Positions 25,988 to 37,614 of a stretch of 64,000 nucleotides of DNA are shown here, one piece after another. Under the pieces are notes generated by a model that was not told the DNA's origin, did no database searches, and saw only the letters and a program-made list of their open reading frames with translations. Source of the stretch: Stegostoma tigrinum (Eukaryota); the NCBI RefSeq assembly GCF_030684315.1, contig NC_081356.1, positions 46,382,393-46,446,392 of the forward strand, given 5' to 3'. Made by a program: the position numbers and the translations under genes. The first letter of the stretch is position 1. Each line of letters begins with the position of its first letter.

Positions 25988-27960
25988 CATAAGAAACAGA
26001 ACAGGAATAGGCCATTTGGCACTTTGAGCCTACTTGGCAATTCAATAGAATCGTGACTGATTTGACTGTCCTGACTTGCACATTACTTCGTTTTCCACAT
26101 AAAACTTGGTTTACCCTACTGATCAAGATTCCATCTCTCTAATCATAAATATACACAAGGACTCTGCTCCATAGCTTTCTGTGTCAAGAAGTTTCAAAGA
26201 TTTACAACCCTCTGAGAAAAGAAATTCTTCCTCATCTTAAATTGGAACACTTTAATTCCGAGGCCATGCCCTCTAATCTTGGATAAGAGATAATGGGAAT
26301 TGCAGATGCTGGAGAATCCAAGATAATAAAGTGTGAAGCTGGATGAACATAGCAGGCCAAGCAGCATCTCAGGAGCACAAAAGCTGATGTTTCGGGCCTA
26401 GACCCTTCATCAGAGAGGGGGATGGGGAGAGGGTTCTGAAATAAATAGGGAGAGAGGGGGAGGCGGACCGAAGATAGATGGGGAGGTGGAGAGGGGATAG
26501 GTCAGTTTGAGGAGGACGGACAGGTCAAGGAGGCGGTATGAGGTTAGTAGGTGGGAAATGGAGGTGTGGCTTGAGGTGGGAGGAGGTGATAGGTGAGATG
26601 AAGAAAAGATTAGGGAGGCGGTGACGAGCGGGGCTGGTTTTGGGATGCAGTGGGGGAAGGGGAGATTTCGAAGCTTGTGAAGTCCACATTGATACCATTG
26701 GGCTGCAGGGTTCCCAAGCGGAAAATGGGTTGCTGCTCCTGCAACCTTCAGGTGGCATCACTGTGGCACTGCAGGAGGCCAGGATGGACATGTCGTCTAA
26801 GGAATGGGAGGGGCAGTTAAAATAGTTTGCGACTGGGAGGTGCAGTTGTTTGTTGCGAACCGAGTGGAGGTGTTCAGCAAAGCGGTCCCCAAGCCTCCGC
26901 TTGGTTTCCCCAATGTAGAGAAAGCCACAATGGGTACAGTGGATACAGTATACCACATTAGCAGATGTGCAGGTGAATATCTCCTTAATATGGAAAGTCA
27001 TCTTGGGGCCTGGGATGTGGATGAGGGAGGAGGTGTGGTGTCAAGTGTAGCACTTCCTGCGGTTGCAGGGGAAGGTACCAGGTGTGGTTGGGTTGGACAG
27101 AAGTGTGGAGAGGACAAGGGAGTCACGGAGAGAGTGGTCTCTCCGGAAGGCAGGCAAGGGTGGAGATGGAAAAATGCCTTGGGTAGTGGGGTCAGATTGT
27201 AGATGGCGCAAGTGTCGGAGGATGATGCGTTGTATCCGGAGATTGGTGGGGTGGTATGTGAGGACGATGGGGATTCTCTTTTGGCGGATATTGTGGGGGT
27301 GGGGTGTGAGGGATGTGTTGTGGGAAATGCGGGAGACACGGTCAAGTGCATTCTCGGCCACTGCGGGGGGGTAGTTGCGGTCCTAGAAGAAAGTGGACAT
27401 CTGGGATGTGCTTGAGTGGAATGCCTCATCCTGGGAGCAGATGCGGCAGAGGCAAACAAATTGGGAATAGGGGATGGAATCCCTAACCTCATCCTGCCTC
27501 CTTGACGTGTCCGTCCTCCCCGGACTGACCTATCCCCTCTCCACCTCCCCACCTAAACTCTCCTCTCCATCTATCTTCTCCTCTATCCATCCTCGGTCCG
27601 CCTCCCCCTCTCTCCCTATTTATTTCAGAACCCTCTCCCCATCCCCGTCTCTGATGAAGGGTCTAGCCCGAAACGTCAGCTTTTGTGCTCCTGGGATGCT
27701 GCTTGGCCTGCTGTGTTCATCCAGCTTCACACTTTGTTACCTTTGATCTTGGACTCTCCCATGAGGGGAAACGTCTAATCAGCATTTACCCTGTTGAGCT
27801 CCTTTAGAATCATTTATTCCTCAATGAGATCACCTCTCATGCTCCTCAACTCCAAAGAGTAGAGTTCTAAACTGTTTAACCTTTGCTCATAAGGCAGTCC
27901 TTCCATACCATGGATCATCCTAGTGAAACTTCTTTGAGCTTCCTCTAATGAAGTGGTCTC
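25988..27960 (-). mobile_element. CR1 3' part (25988-26285 and 27743-27960) split by a Penelope insertion
   Basis: CR1 3' UTR and ORF2 end continue collinearly on both sides of the Penelope. Confidence 0.75.
26286..27742 (-). mobile_element. Penelope-like element: long - arm (RT C-terminus, GIY-YIG, full pLTR) plus short inverted pLTR (27481-27742)
   Basis: FTCTSANVVYCIHCTHCGFLYIGETKRRLGDRFAEH; RIPIVLTYHP. Hammerhead motifs at 26384-26413 (-) and 27651-27679 (+). ATCTTGGA duplicated at 26276 and 27746. Confidence 0.93.
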
Positions 27961-28429
27961 TCTCCTTAAATGAGGGAATCAAGCTGCTTCAGATAAAAGA
28001 ACAAAATTTTTAGGGATTTTTGTGTAATCTCATTAATTGGTGGTATGTTACCATCTAGATGCCCAGTGATGTCATCAGGCAGTTCCACCTCAGATATGTC
28101 TAAATAGAGCATGAAACCTTTTTCAAACTCTGGCCACAGACAAACCACAGGAACTAGATCAGACATACCAATTCCCTTCTGCAATACTGTTGCATTTTTC
28201 CACATTTCAGGTACCATTTATTTGGAGGTGGTTTGGGATACGTTCCAACTAATTAAGGAACAGTAGAGTTTGCCAACTGCATTTCATACAAGATCCTCAA
28301 AGTGAACAGAGGGGAATTTTATTCCATTAAAGCAAAATCTTGTATTTACACATTGAGAGTTCCAACATCCACATTATTCTGCATTGGTAATTACATTTAT
28401 GCGCCATTGTTCATGTGTTTAGAAGTCCT

Positions 28430-28570
28430 AAAGCACTTTATATGGCCATTGTGATATTTTTAAAAATATAGTCAATGTTATCATGCAGGAAATTGAAGTA
28501 ATAGTTATACATCAGTTAATTGCGTTTATGTATTAGTGCAAATGAAGGTCCCACAAAGAACAGCACCATG
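28430..28570 (-). mobile_element. Old DeuSINE-like (SacSINE1-type) 3' fragment
   Basis: AAAGCACTTTA...TAGTCAATGTT...GTCCCACAAA resembles the reverse complement of shark DeuSINE 3' regions (by eye). Confidence 0.35.
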
Positions 28571-29392
28571 CTTGGAAGTGACTTTCTGCAATCATGATCT
28601 TATAATAGATAAACAAATACTATACGTGTCACAGTGACGCAACTAGATTCAATGATCTGTAGCTGTTTGAGGTAAGTTGGAATAAGTCAGCAGGAAAACG
28701 ATGTAGCCTTATTTGTGAAGGAGAATCTTCTTTTGTTATACGCCAGCAGTAGGTAAGAGGGTTTGACAATAGCTAATCTGAGCCAACAGCCTGAAATTTA
28801 AAAAATTGATAACATTTAGATTTCCAGGACAGGCATCTCTAGCTATAGAGTTTCGTTCAAAAATTGCTAACATTGCTAAGCGTGAGCCTTTTTGATGGAC
28901 TAATAGAGGTGGCAGCAGGCTTCCCAAAGGTCACTGAAATAGAATCAGCACAATGAGCGTCACTTATAGTCAACTGTTAATGTTATAGTATTAAAAAGAA
29001 TCAAACTGTAGTAGAAAATATAAAAGCAAAAATCCCAATGTAAAGCATATAAGGCAATGTCAAAAGGACACATGTACATGGTATATTTTATCTGTCCTGT
29101 TGGACTCCTTTTTCTTCATCTCGAGGGCTGTGGGCATGAAGGCACTCAATGTGAAGCAGGTGCCTAATGTGATCCTCACTATAGGCTGCACACATTCTGA
29201 CCTACAAAACATTACTTCAGCCAAATGTGAGAGCAAGCTCTCGGAAAGTCGCCCAACTTGCGTGCCTATTACCAAATCAGTCACATGCCAGATGGCAGTT
29301 TCGGGCTAAACTGTAAAGTGTAGCAGTAGCCACTCCATCTGAATAGTGACAAAATTTAAATACTTACACTGAATATACTCCTTGGAAATAAT

Positions 29393-29610
29393 AAAGAAAA
29401 ACCAAAAGAACTGCAGTTGCTGTAAATCAGAAACAAAAACAGAAGTTCCTGGAAAAGCTTAGCAGGTGTGGCAGCATCTGTGAAATAAATATCAGAGTTA
29501 ACGTTTCAGGTACGAACTCTGGAGAAAATATCAGAGTTAACGTTTCGGGCCTGGATCTCTGATTTTTTCTTCACAGACCTGCTGAGCTTTTCCAGCAACT
29601 CTCTTTTTCT
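29393..29610. mobile_element. Mini palindromic Penelope-derived element with imperfect 14-bp TSD
   Basis: Inverted arms (GGAAAAGCTTAGCAGG / CCTGCTGAGCTTTTCCAGC); TSD TCCTTGGAAATAAT (29379) / TCCTTAGAAGTAAT (29611); internal tandem duplication of TATCAGAGTTAACGTTTC. Confidence 0.8.
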
Positions 29611-29889
29611 TCCTTAGAAGTAATGTCTGCAAGTTACTAATCAATAAAACATGGTGAAAAGGACACTTGCCCAGAGAATAATTTCTGTATAATTAACTGA
29701 CCCCGCACAGATTGAGCAAAAGAATGGCATGGAATAGATGATATGAAACAGATTTAATGTTTACAAAATGCATTTCAGTTGTACAAGTCAAGGGCAAAAT
29801 ATTGCAAATTGGAAATTACAAAAACCACAAGAGATATAATTATTCACCATGTTCTATTCTGAAGTGCCCCAATTCATTTCAGTGCTCTT

Positions 29890-30070
29890 CATTCACAACG
29901 AACGTTCTTTCTAAGGCACAAAGTCCCTGAAGTTCTACAGTTTCCAAAACATTGGTGTATGACAGCTGGAAGCACCCAGACAGTGGTCTTTCCACACTGC
30001 AACTCTATAGTGAGTCTGCCAAGCTTTAATGCATCTCTCAGTACATAGTCCTGGACCTCGGGATGCCTAT
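29890..30070 (-). mobile_element. Tx1/L1-clade LINE 3' end
   Basis: H.EVQDYVLRDALKLG......CGKTTV, typical of the Tx1-type ORF2 C-terminus. Confidence 0.65.
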
Positions 30071-30294
30071 ATAAGAACCAAAAGAACTGTGGATGCTGTA
30101 AATCAAGAACAAAAACAAAGCTCAGCAGGTCTGGCAACATCTGTGGAGGAGAAGACAGAGTTAATGTTTCAGGTCCGGTGACCCTTCCTCAGAACAGTTC
30201 TGAGGAAGGGTCACCAGAAACGAAACTTTAACTCTGTTTTCCCCTCCACAGATGCTGCCAAACCTGCTGAACTTTTCCAGCAACTTTGTTTTTG
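30071..30294. mobile_element. Mini palindromic Penelope-derived element with back-to-back hammerhead motifs and 14-bp TSD
   Basis: Centre GGTGACCCTTCCTCAGAAC-A-GTTCTGAGGAAGGGTCACC; CTGAGGA...GAAAC core on each strand (each with a lesion); TSD CTCGGGATGCCTAT (30057) / CTCAGGATGCCTAT (30295). Confidence 0.88.
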
Positions 30295-30726
30295 CTCAGG
30301 ATGCCTATGTTTGCAACACTGGGCAAAGACGGTTGTTGGTAATTAGGATCCCTTTAAAACTGAAGTTCCTGTGCAGCATTAGATTTCATTTAACTGCTGT
30401 TACAGCTTTCAAAGCTTCTCATAAATAAAGAAAAAAGGAAGGCACAAGAAATATAAAAAAATGAAGATAGAAATAGGATGAGATATTCAACCCTCCACTA
30501 CTCTTTATGACCATGGCTAATTATCGAGCTCAATTCCTTAATTCCGCCCAGCCACCATATTCCTCAATCCCTTTGATCAAAAGAGCTCGATCTACCTCTT
30601 TAAAACACAGAATGTTTTGTCCTCAACCACTTTACTTGGTAGTGAATTCCACAGGCCCACTATTCTCTAAATGAAGAAATTTCTCATCTCAGCCCCAAAA
30701 GGTTTACACATTATTCTTAAGCTATC

Positions 30727-31248
30727 AGAGATAATGGGAGCTGCACATGTTGGAGAATCTGAGATAACAAAGTGTGGAGCTGGATGAACACAGCAGGCCA
30801 AGCAGCACCTTAGGACCACAAAAGCTGATGTTTTGGGCCGAGACCCTTCATCAGAAAAGGCGGATGGGGAGAGGGTTCTGAAATAAATAGGGAGAGAGGG
30901 GAAGGCGGATTAAAGGTGGATAGAGGAGAAGATAGGTGGAGAGGAGAGTATAGGTGGGGAGGTAGGGAGGGGATAGGTCAGTTCAGGGAGGATGGACTGG
31001 CCAAGGGGGCGGGATGAGGTTAGTAGGTGGGAAGTGGAGGTGCAGCTTGAGGTGGGAGGAGGGGATAGGTGAGAGAAAGAACAGGTTAGAGGGGCGGGAA
31101 AGAGCTGGGCTGGTCTTGGGATGCAGTGAGGGGGAGGGAAGATTTTGAAGCTTGTGAAATCCACATTGATATCATTGGGCTACAGGGTTCCCAAGAGGAA
31201 TGTGAGTTGCTGTTCCTGCAACCCTCGGGTGGCATCATTGTGGCACTT
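30727..31248 (-). mobile_element. 5'-truncated Penelope (GIY-YIG C-terminus + full pLTR)
   Basis: Same pLTR as 23315; AAGCTATC repeated at both flanks. Confidence 0.88.
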
Positions 31249-31613
31249 AAGCGACTCAAGCTATCATTCCGGTTCGAGACATCTCCATGATAGGGAACAT
31301 TCTTCCCTCATCGAAACTGTCCGGTCCTGTTATAATTGTGTAGGGTTCTATGGGAGCCCTCCTCATTCTTCTAAACTCAAATGTATGTAGTGCTAACTGG
31401 CTTAATCGCTTCTCATATGTCAATCGTGCCATACCAGGAATTAACTTGATAAAGATTTGCCACGTTCCCTTTATAAGAAAAACATTCTTTCTCAGGTAAA
31501 GAGACCAAAACTGCACCTAATATACTATGAGCGGCCTCACCAGTGCATAATTACAGCAAGACATCTCGTTCCTGTACTAAGATCCTCTCACAATGCAAGC
31601 CAGCATACAGTTT

Positions 31614-32964
31614 AGAGATAACAAAGTGTGGAGCTGGATGAACACAGCAGGCCAAGCAGCACCTCCTCCTACCCACCTTCCCGCAAAAAATCCATCCCCT
31701 ATTCCTAATTCCTGCACCTCTACGGCATCTGCTCCCAGGATCAGGCATTCCACTCCCGTAGATCCCAGATGTCTTCGTTCTTCAAGGACTGCAACTTCCC
31801 CCCGCAGTGGTTGAGAACGCCCTCGACCGTGTCTCCTGCATTTCCCATAACTCATCCCTCACACCCCAGCCCCGCAATAACCGCCAAAAGAGAATCCCCA
31901 TCATCCTCACATACCACCCCACCAACCTCCAAATATAACGCATCATCCTCTGACACTTCCGCTACCTACGATCTGACCCACCACCGAAGACATTTTTCCA
32001 TCGTCACCCTTGTCTGCCTTCCGGAAAGACCACTCTCTCCGGGACTCCCTTGTCCGCTCCACACTCCTGTCCAACCCTACCACACCCGGCACTTTTCCCT
32101 GCAACCGCAGGAAGTGCTACACTTGTCCCCACACATCCTCCCTCACTCACATCCCAGGTCCCAAAATGACATACCACATCAAGTAGATGTTCACCTGCAC
32201 ATCTGCCAATGTGGTATACTGCATCCGCTGCACCCATTGTGTCTTCGTCTACATTGGGGAAACCAAGCAGAGGCTTGTGGACGGCTTTGCAGAACAACTT
32301 ATACTTGGTTTGCAACAAACAACTGCACCTCCCAGTCGTGAACCATTTCAACTCCCACTCCCATTCCTTAGACGACATGTCCATCCTGGGCCTCCTGCGG
32401 TGCCACAACAATGCCACCCGAAGGTTGCAGGAACAGCAACTCATATTCCACCTGGGAACCCTGCAGCCCAATGGTATCAATGTGGATTTCACAAGCTTCA
32501 AAATCTCTCCTCCCTCCCCCCACTGCATCCCAAAACCAGCCCAGCTCGGCCCCGGCTCCCTAACCTATTCTTCCTCTCACCTATCCCCTCCTCCCACCTC
32601 AAGCCGCACCACCATTTCCTACCTCCTAACCTCATCCCATCCCCTTGACCTGTCCATCCTCCCCAGACTGACCCATCTCCTCCCTACCTCCCCACCTATT
32701 CTCACATGTACAGGCTCCATGCCCGCCCCTTTAACTTGTCTGTCTCCTCTCCACCTATCTTCTCCTCTATCCACATTCGATCCGCCTCCCCCTCTCTCCC
32801 AATTTATTTCAGAACCCTCTCCCCACCCGTCTTTTCTGATGAAGGGTCTAGGTCCGAAACATCAGCTTTTGTGGTCCTAAGATGCTGCTTGGCCTGCTGT
32901 GTTCATCCAGCTCCACACTTTGTTTTGTTGGATTCTCCAGCATCTGCAGTTCCCATTATCTCCC
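31614..32964 (+). mobile_element. Penelope-like element: short inverted pLTR piece (31614-31662) plus RT C-terminus, GIY-YIG and full pLTR; 14-bp TSD
   Basis: FTCTSANVVYCIRCTHCVFVYIGETKQRL...EQQLIFHLGTLQPNGIN; hammerhead motif at 32836; TSD CCAGCATACAGTTT / CCAACATACAGTTT. Confidence 0.92.
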
Positions 32965-33609
32965 CCAACATACAGTTTGCCTTCTTTACTACCTGCTACA
33001 TCTCTGCATTTCCTTTCAGTTACTGGTGAACCTGCACATTCCCCTCTCTCAAATTACTTCCATTCAAATAATAATTTACCTTCCATTTTTGCTACAAAAT
33101 TGAGTGACCTCACATTTATCCACATTATACTGCATCCGCCATGTATTTGCCTGTTCAGTCAGCCTGTCCAAATAGCACTATCACATCTCTGCATACTCTG
33201 CAGCTTAGCCTTCCATCCAGCCTTTTGTCATCTGTAAATTTTGAGAAATTACATACAGTGTTCTCATCTAGATCATTAACACATACTGTGAATTCTTGGG
33301 GTCACCATTCCAATCCCTGTTGTATGCCTCATCACTGCCTGCCATTCAAAAAATTACCTATTTGTTCCTACTTTTTGTTTCCTGTCTATTGACCAGTTCT
33401 ATACATCTTAATACACTACCCCAATCCCATGCACATTAATTTTACACATTAATTTCTTATTTGGGACTTTATTAAAAGCCTTCTTAAAGTCCAAATAAGC
33501 CATATCCTTTTAGTATTCCAGTAGTTTGTCAAGCATGATTTCCTTTTTGTAAATTCAAATGCTGACAGTGTCCAATTCTACCATATTTTCTAAGATAAAC
33601 TCTTTCCCA

Positions 33610-33970
33610 AGCTCTATTGTTGTTCCGCAGGCATTTCGTTACCGTGCTTAGTAACATCCTCAGTGCGGCCTCTGATGAAGTGCTGGTGTGTTTTCCCGCC
33701 TGGTTTTTAAACTCTGGGGTTCGCTGCAATGGATTGCCTCATGGTTCAACATGGACAAGGAGAGCCACTACCTCAACTGGGACAAGACTAAGATCATGGG
33801 ACAGGCTAGGCAGAGACAAGCGCTAGAATTCCTGGAAGCATGGCACTCCACGAAACATGCTATTAATAAACGCATTGAATTCAACCCCCATATACATTCC
33901 ACTATGGAGGAAACCTGGAACAAACCAGCTTGACGAGCCAACCAACCTCAACAACCACAACCCGAGCTGC
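33610..33970 (+). mobile_element. Second Penelope family fragment (GIY-YIG C-terminus on +, inverted hammerhead-bearing pLTR piece on -)
   Basis: MDKESHYLNWDKTKIMGQARQRQALEFLEAWHS...INKRIE; reverse strand 33630-33665 reads CTGAGGA-TGTTAC...GTAAC-GAAA. Confidence 0.75.
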
Positions 33971-34129
33971 AGATCTAGTCCAAAAATGTAGAACTAATAA
34001 CAATAGCCTATTCTTTTTATCTTTCTCACCAAGGGAGATGGAGTATAAACTATATACTTTTGTAGTTTGCAGTTTGTTGGAAATAGTGTGCAAGTGTAAG
34101 AATTGGTTTATTGTCTGTAGTTGCTAAGG

Positions 34130-35690
34130 CAATGGCAGGAGAACTCAATCCTGTGGAATGCTCCTCCTGCAATACATGGGAAATCAGGGACACTTCCAGT
34201 ATCTATGATGAGTTACTTATGAGGGAACTGTGTTCAGCTGTAGCTCTGGTTTTGCCACATTGAGTGGCTGGAGCTGAGAATGGACTCACTTTAAAGCATT
34301 GCATATTTAGCGAGCTGGTCATACCACCAATAATTGTTGCACAGTGAGAAAATCATTGGGTAACTACCAGGAAGACTAGCAAGTGTGGCTGTTCTCCTTT
34401 CAAACACATTTTGAAACTATTGGGAGAATGACCTCTCAGGGCAAAACAACAGCCGCAAGCCAGATCAGGGGTAACACAACTGGTTCTATCATACAGCAGA
34501 GAAAGGTGATGTATAGGCAAGCAGTAGTGATAAGTATTTCTGTGCCATTTCATAATATGGTATTGTCTCCCTGCTGCCAGGATCAAAGGTGTCTCTGAGT
34601 AGGAACGGAACTCTCTGAAAAGGGTGTTAGCCAGATGGTCATGGCCCATATTGGTACTAATTGCTTAGGCAGGAAGAGAGATGAGTTTCTGCAAAGGCAG
34701 TTTAGTGTATTAAGTTGGAATTTAAAAGGCAGGACCTTTATGAGTGCTATCTCAGGATTTTTCCCTGTGACACATGCTCGGAAAGCCAGAAATAGAAGGT
34801 GAAACTGTTCAATTCATGGCTAAAGTGCTGCTGTCAGAGAGTGATCTCTTGCAGGGCAGCTTATGATGTTTGTGGTTCACTTGCACCATAAATAGAACAC
34901 AAGGTAGACAGAGGGTAAAGTTAACAGAAAGTACATTATTATCCATCCTCTCAGCTCCATAGGCTGGTTAGACTGCTTTCCCTAGCTCCTGCTCCAGGTC
35001 ACCTGACTCACTCTCTTAAAGGAGGTAATACACAGTCAACTCCATACAAAACACAGGTGAGAGTTATACAAGTAGGACATGATGCACCTAAACTGGAGGT
35101 GCACCAATATCCATGCAGAGAGATTTGCTAATGCTATTCAGTAGGGTTTAAGCTAGTGGAGCAGGGGGTGGGAACAGAAGCAGTAGGTCAGCATGTGGAA
35201 TGGTTGAGTTGAATGTCAACATTAAGTCAAACAAGTCTAATAGGAAGGACAGAGCCAAATTAATGAATATGGTCAGATGGTGGTTTGAAATGTGTTTATT
35301 TTACAACAGGTAAAGCAGATGAGCTTAGAGCCTGGATTAACACGTGCAACTGTGATGTCGTAGCCAAAACAGAAACTTGGTTAAGAGTGGGGCAGGACTG
35401 GCAACTTAATGTTCCAGGTTTAGATGTTTCATGTGAGATAGAGAGGAGTGTAAAAGAAGTGGGAGAATTGCATTAGTGATTAATGAGAACATTGCAGCGG
35501 TGCTAAGAGAGGATATCTTGGAGATCTCATCCAGTGAGGCCACATAGGTAGAACGTAGGAATAAGGAACATGCAATCACAATGATGGCGTTTATGCTATA
35601 CACTTCCCCATAGCGATCAGGAGGTAAAGAAACAGATAGGTAAGCAGATTATGGAAAGATGTAAAATCAACAGGGTTGTTACAGTGGATG
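34130..35690 (+). mobile_element. CR1 5' half: ORF1 (Zn finger, coiled coil, SGNH esterase) and APE start, with an unrelated insert at about 34860-35070
   Basis: MAGELNPVECSSCN.WEIRDTSS; VLSPCCQ/PGAR-like, HIGTN, ISG..PV; KCVYF..GKADELRAWINT...TETWL. Confidence 0.8.
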
Positions 35691-36110
35691 ATTTGTTTCC
35701 TCATTGGTGTTGTGGTCTCAGGGACAGCTTTTGGCAGAGGCGTCATTTCAGGTCCATTCGGCAGCAGCAGGAATTGCTTCAGCATGCTTCCTCTTTGGCG
35801 TTGCAGCCTCAGGGACAGCTTTAGCGGTCAAACTACACAATGATACCAATCTTTATCCAGGATAGTGTCAAACATCTTGAGTGTATTCAGAGCCGCACCC
35901 ATTCAGGCAAGTACAAATATTCTATCACACTCCTGATTTGTAGCTGGAAAGAGACACCGGGAAGATTAGATGCCAATTACTCCCGACAGGTTTCCCAACT
36001 TCTTACCTGCTCTTGAAACCACACTATTAATTTGGCTGGCCCAGTTAAGTTTCTGGTTTATGGTAACCCCTGGACTGTTGATAGCAGATGATTAAATGAT
36101 AATGTTGAAT

Positions 36111-36410
36111 CATAGAATCCCTACAGTGTGAAAACAGGCCCTTCAGCTCATACCGACCGTCAGAGCATCCCACCCGGACCGATTCCCCTATAACCCACCT
36201 AATCTAAATATACCTGAACACCACGGGAATTTGGCATGGCCAATCCACCTAACCTTTGGCATGTGGGAGGAAAACTGGAGCACTTGGAGAAAGCCCACGC
36301 AGATATGAGAAGAACGTGCAAACTCCACACAGTCATCCGAGGGTGGAATCGAACCTGGGTCCCTGGCACTGTGAGGGAGCAGTGCTAACCACTGAGCCAC
36401 CATGCCACCC
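36111..36410 (-). mobile_element. HE1-type tRNA-derived V-SINE
   Basis: GGTGGCTCAGTGGTTAGCACT...GGTTCGATTCC head, TGTGTGGAGTTTGCACGTTCT V-domain, CR1-like tail. Confidence 0.9.
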
Positions 36411-37289
36411 ATATTGCTGTCAAATATCAAGTGGAGGCTGTTCCATTCTTTGGAATCATTCTTCAGTCTTTTCCTAGCACTTATATGGTACTTACCAGCT
36501 CAAGCCTGAGTATTGTCAAGGTTTTGCTGCATTTAGAAATGGACTGCTTCATTATCTGAGGATCTATGAATGGCGCTTAACATTATGCAATCATCAGCGA
36601 ACATCTGACTTAAAAGAATCCATGATGAAGGGAAGTCCTTGATGATGTATGTGAAGATGGTTGAACCTAAGACACTACCCCACGGAACTCCTGCATAGCT
36701 GTCCTGGAGATGAGATGACTGACCTCCAAAAACCACCACTATCTTCCTTGGGTCATGTATGGCTCCAACCACCAGAGAGTTTGCCCCCTGATACCCATTT
36801 ATTCCAGTTTTGCTGGGGCTCCTTGATGCCACACCCAGTTGAATGCAGCCTTGATGTCAAGAGCTGGCACTTTCACCTCACCTCTGGAATTCAGCTCTTT
36901 TGTCATGCTTGAACCAAGACTGTAATGAGACCAGGAGCTGAGTGGCCCTGGTGGAACCCAAACTGGGCATCACTGAGCGGGTGCCACTTGATAGCACTGT
37001 TGATGATACCTTTCATCACTTTACTGATGATCAAGAGTTCACTGATGGGGTGGTAATTGACCAAGTTGGATTTGTCCTGCCTTTTCTGTACAGGACAGAC
37101 TTTGGCAATTTTCCATATTGTTGGGCAAATACCAGTGTTGGAACTCTACTGGAACAACTTGGCTGCTGGGACAACAGGTTCTGGAGCATATTGCTGGAAT
37201 GTTGTCAGGGCCCATAGCCTTTGCAGTATCCAGTGTCTCCAACCATTTTTATCACATAGAGTACATTGAATAAGCTAAAGACTGGTATC

Positions 37290-37614
37290 TGTAATCATAC
37301 AATCCCTACAGCATGGGAACAAGCCATTTGGTCCAACAAGTCCACACTGCCCCTCCGAAGAGCATCGTACACAGGCCAATTCCCCTACCCCTGTATTTCC
37401 CAAATGTAATCCACCTAACCTAAACATCCCTGGGTAGTATGGACAATTTAAGCATGGCCAATCCACCTAACCTGCACATCTTTGCACTGTGGGAAGAAAC
37501 CCACACAGACATGGGAAGAATGTGCAAACTCCACACAGTCGCCTGAGGTTGGAATCGAACCCAGGTCCCTGGCACTGTGAGGCAGCAATGTTAACCATTG
37601 AGCCACCATGCCAT
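37290..37614 (-). mobile_element. HE1-type tRNA-derived V-SINE
   Basis: Same head, V-domain and tail as 36111. Confidence 0.9.

Larger units (their letters stand above)
30465..33600 (-). mobile_element. CR1 (30465-30726, 31249-31613, 32965-33600) interrupted by two Penelope insertions
   Basis: QFWSLYLRK...KLIPGMARLTYE.RL; collinear RT sequence resumes after each insertion. Confidence 0.75.

Noticed and set aside
34860-35072. Solo LTR within the CR1 ORF1
   Set aside because: TG...CA-like ends but no TSD; identity cannot be supported.
36330-36410. tRNA genes (also 37540-37614, 38217-38310, 53859-53935)
   Set aside because: These are tRNA-derived SINE heads joined to SINE bodies, not cloverleaf genes with terminators.
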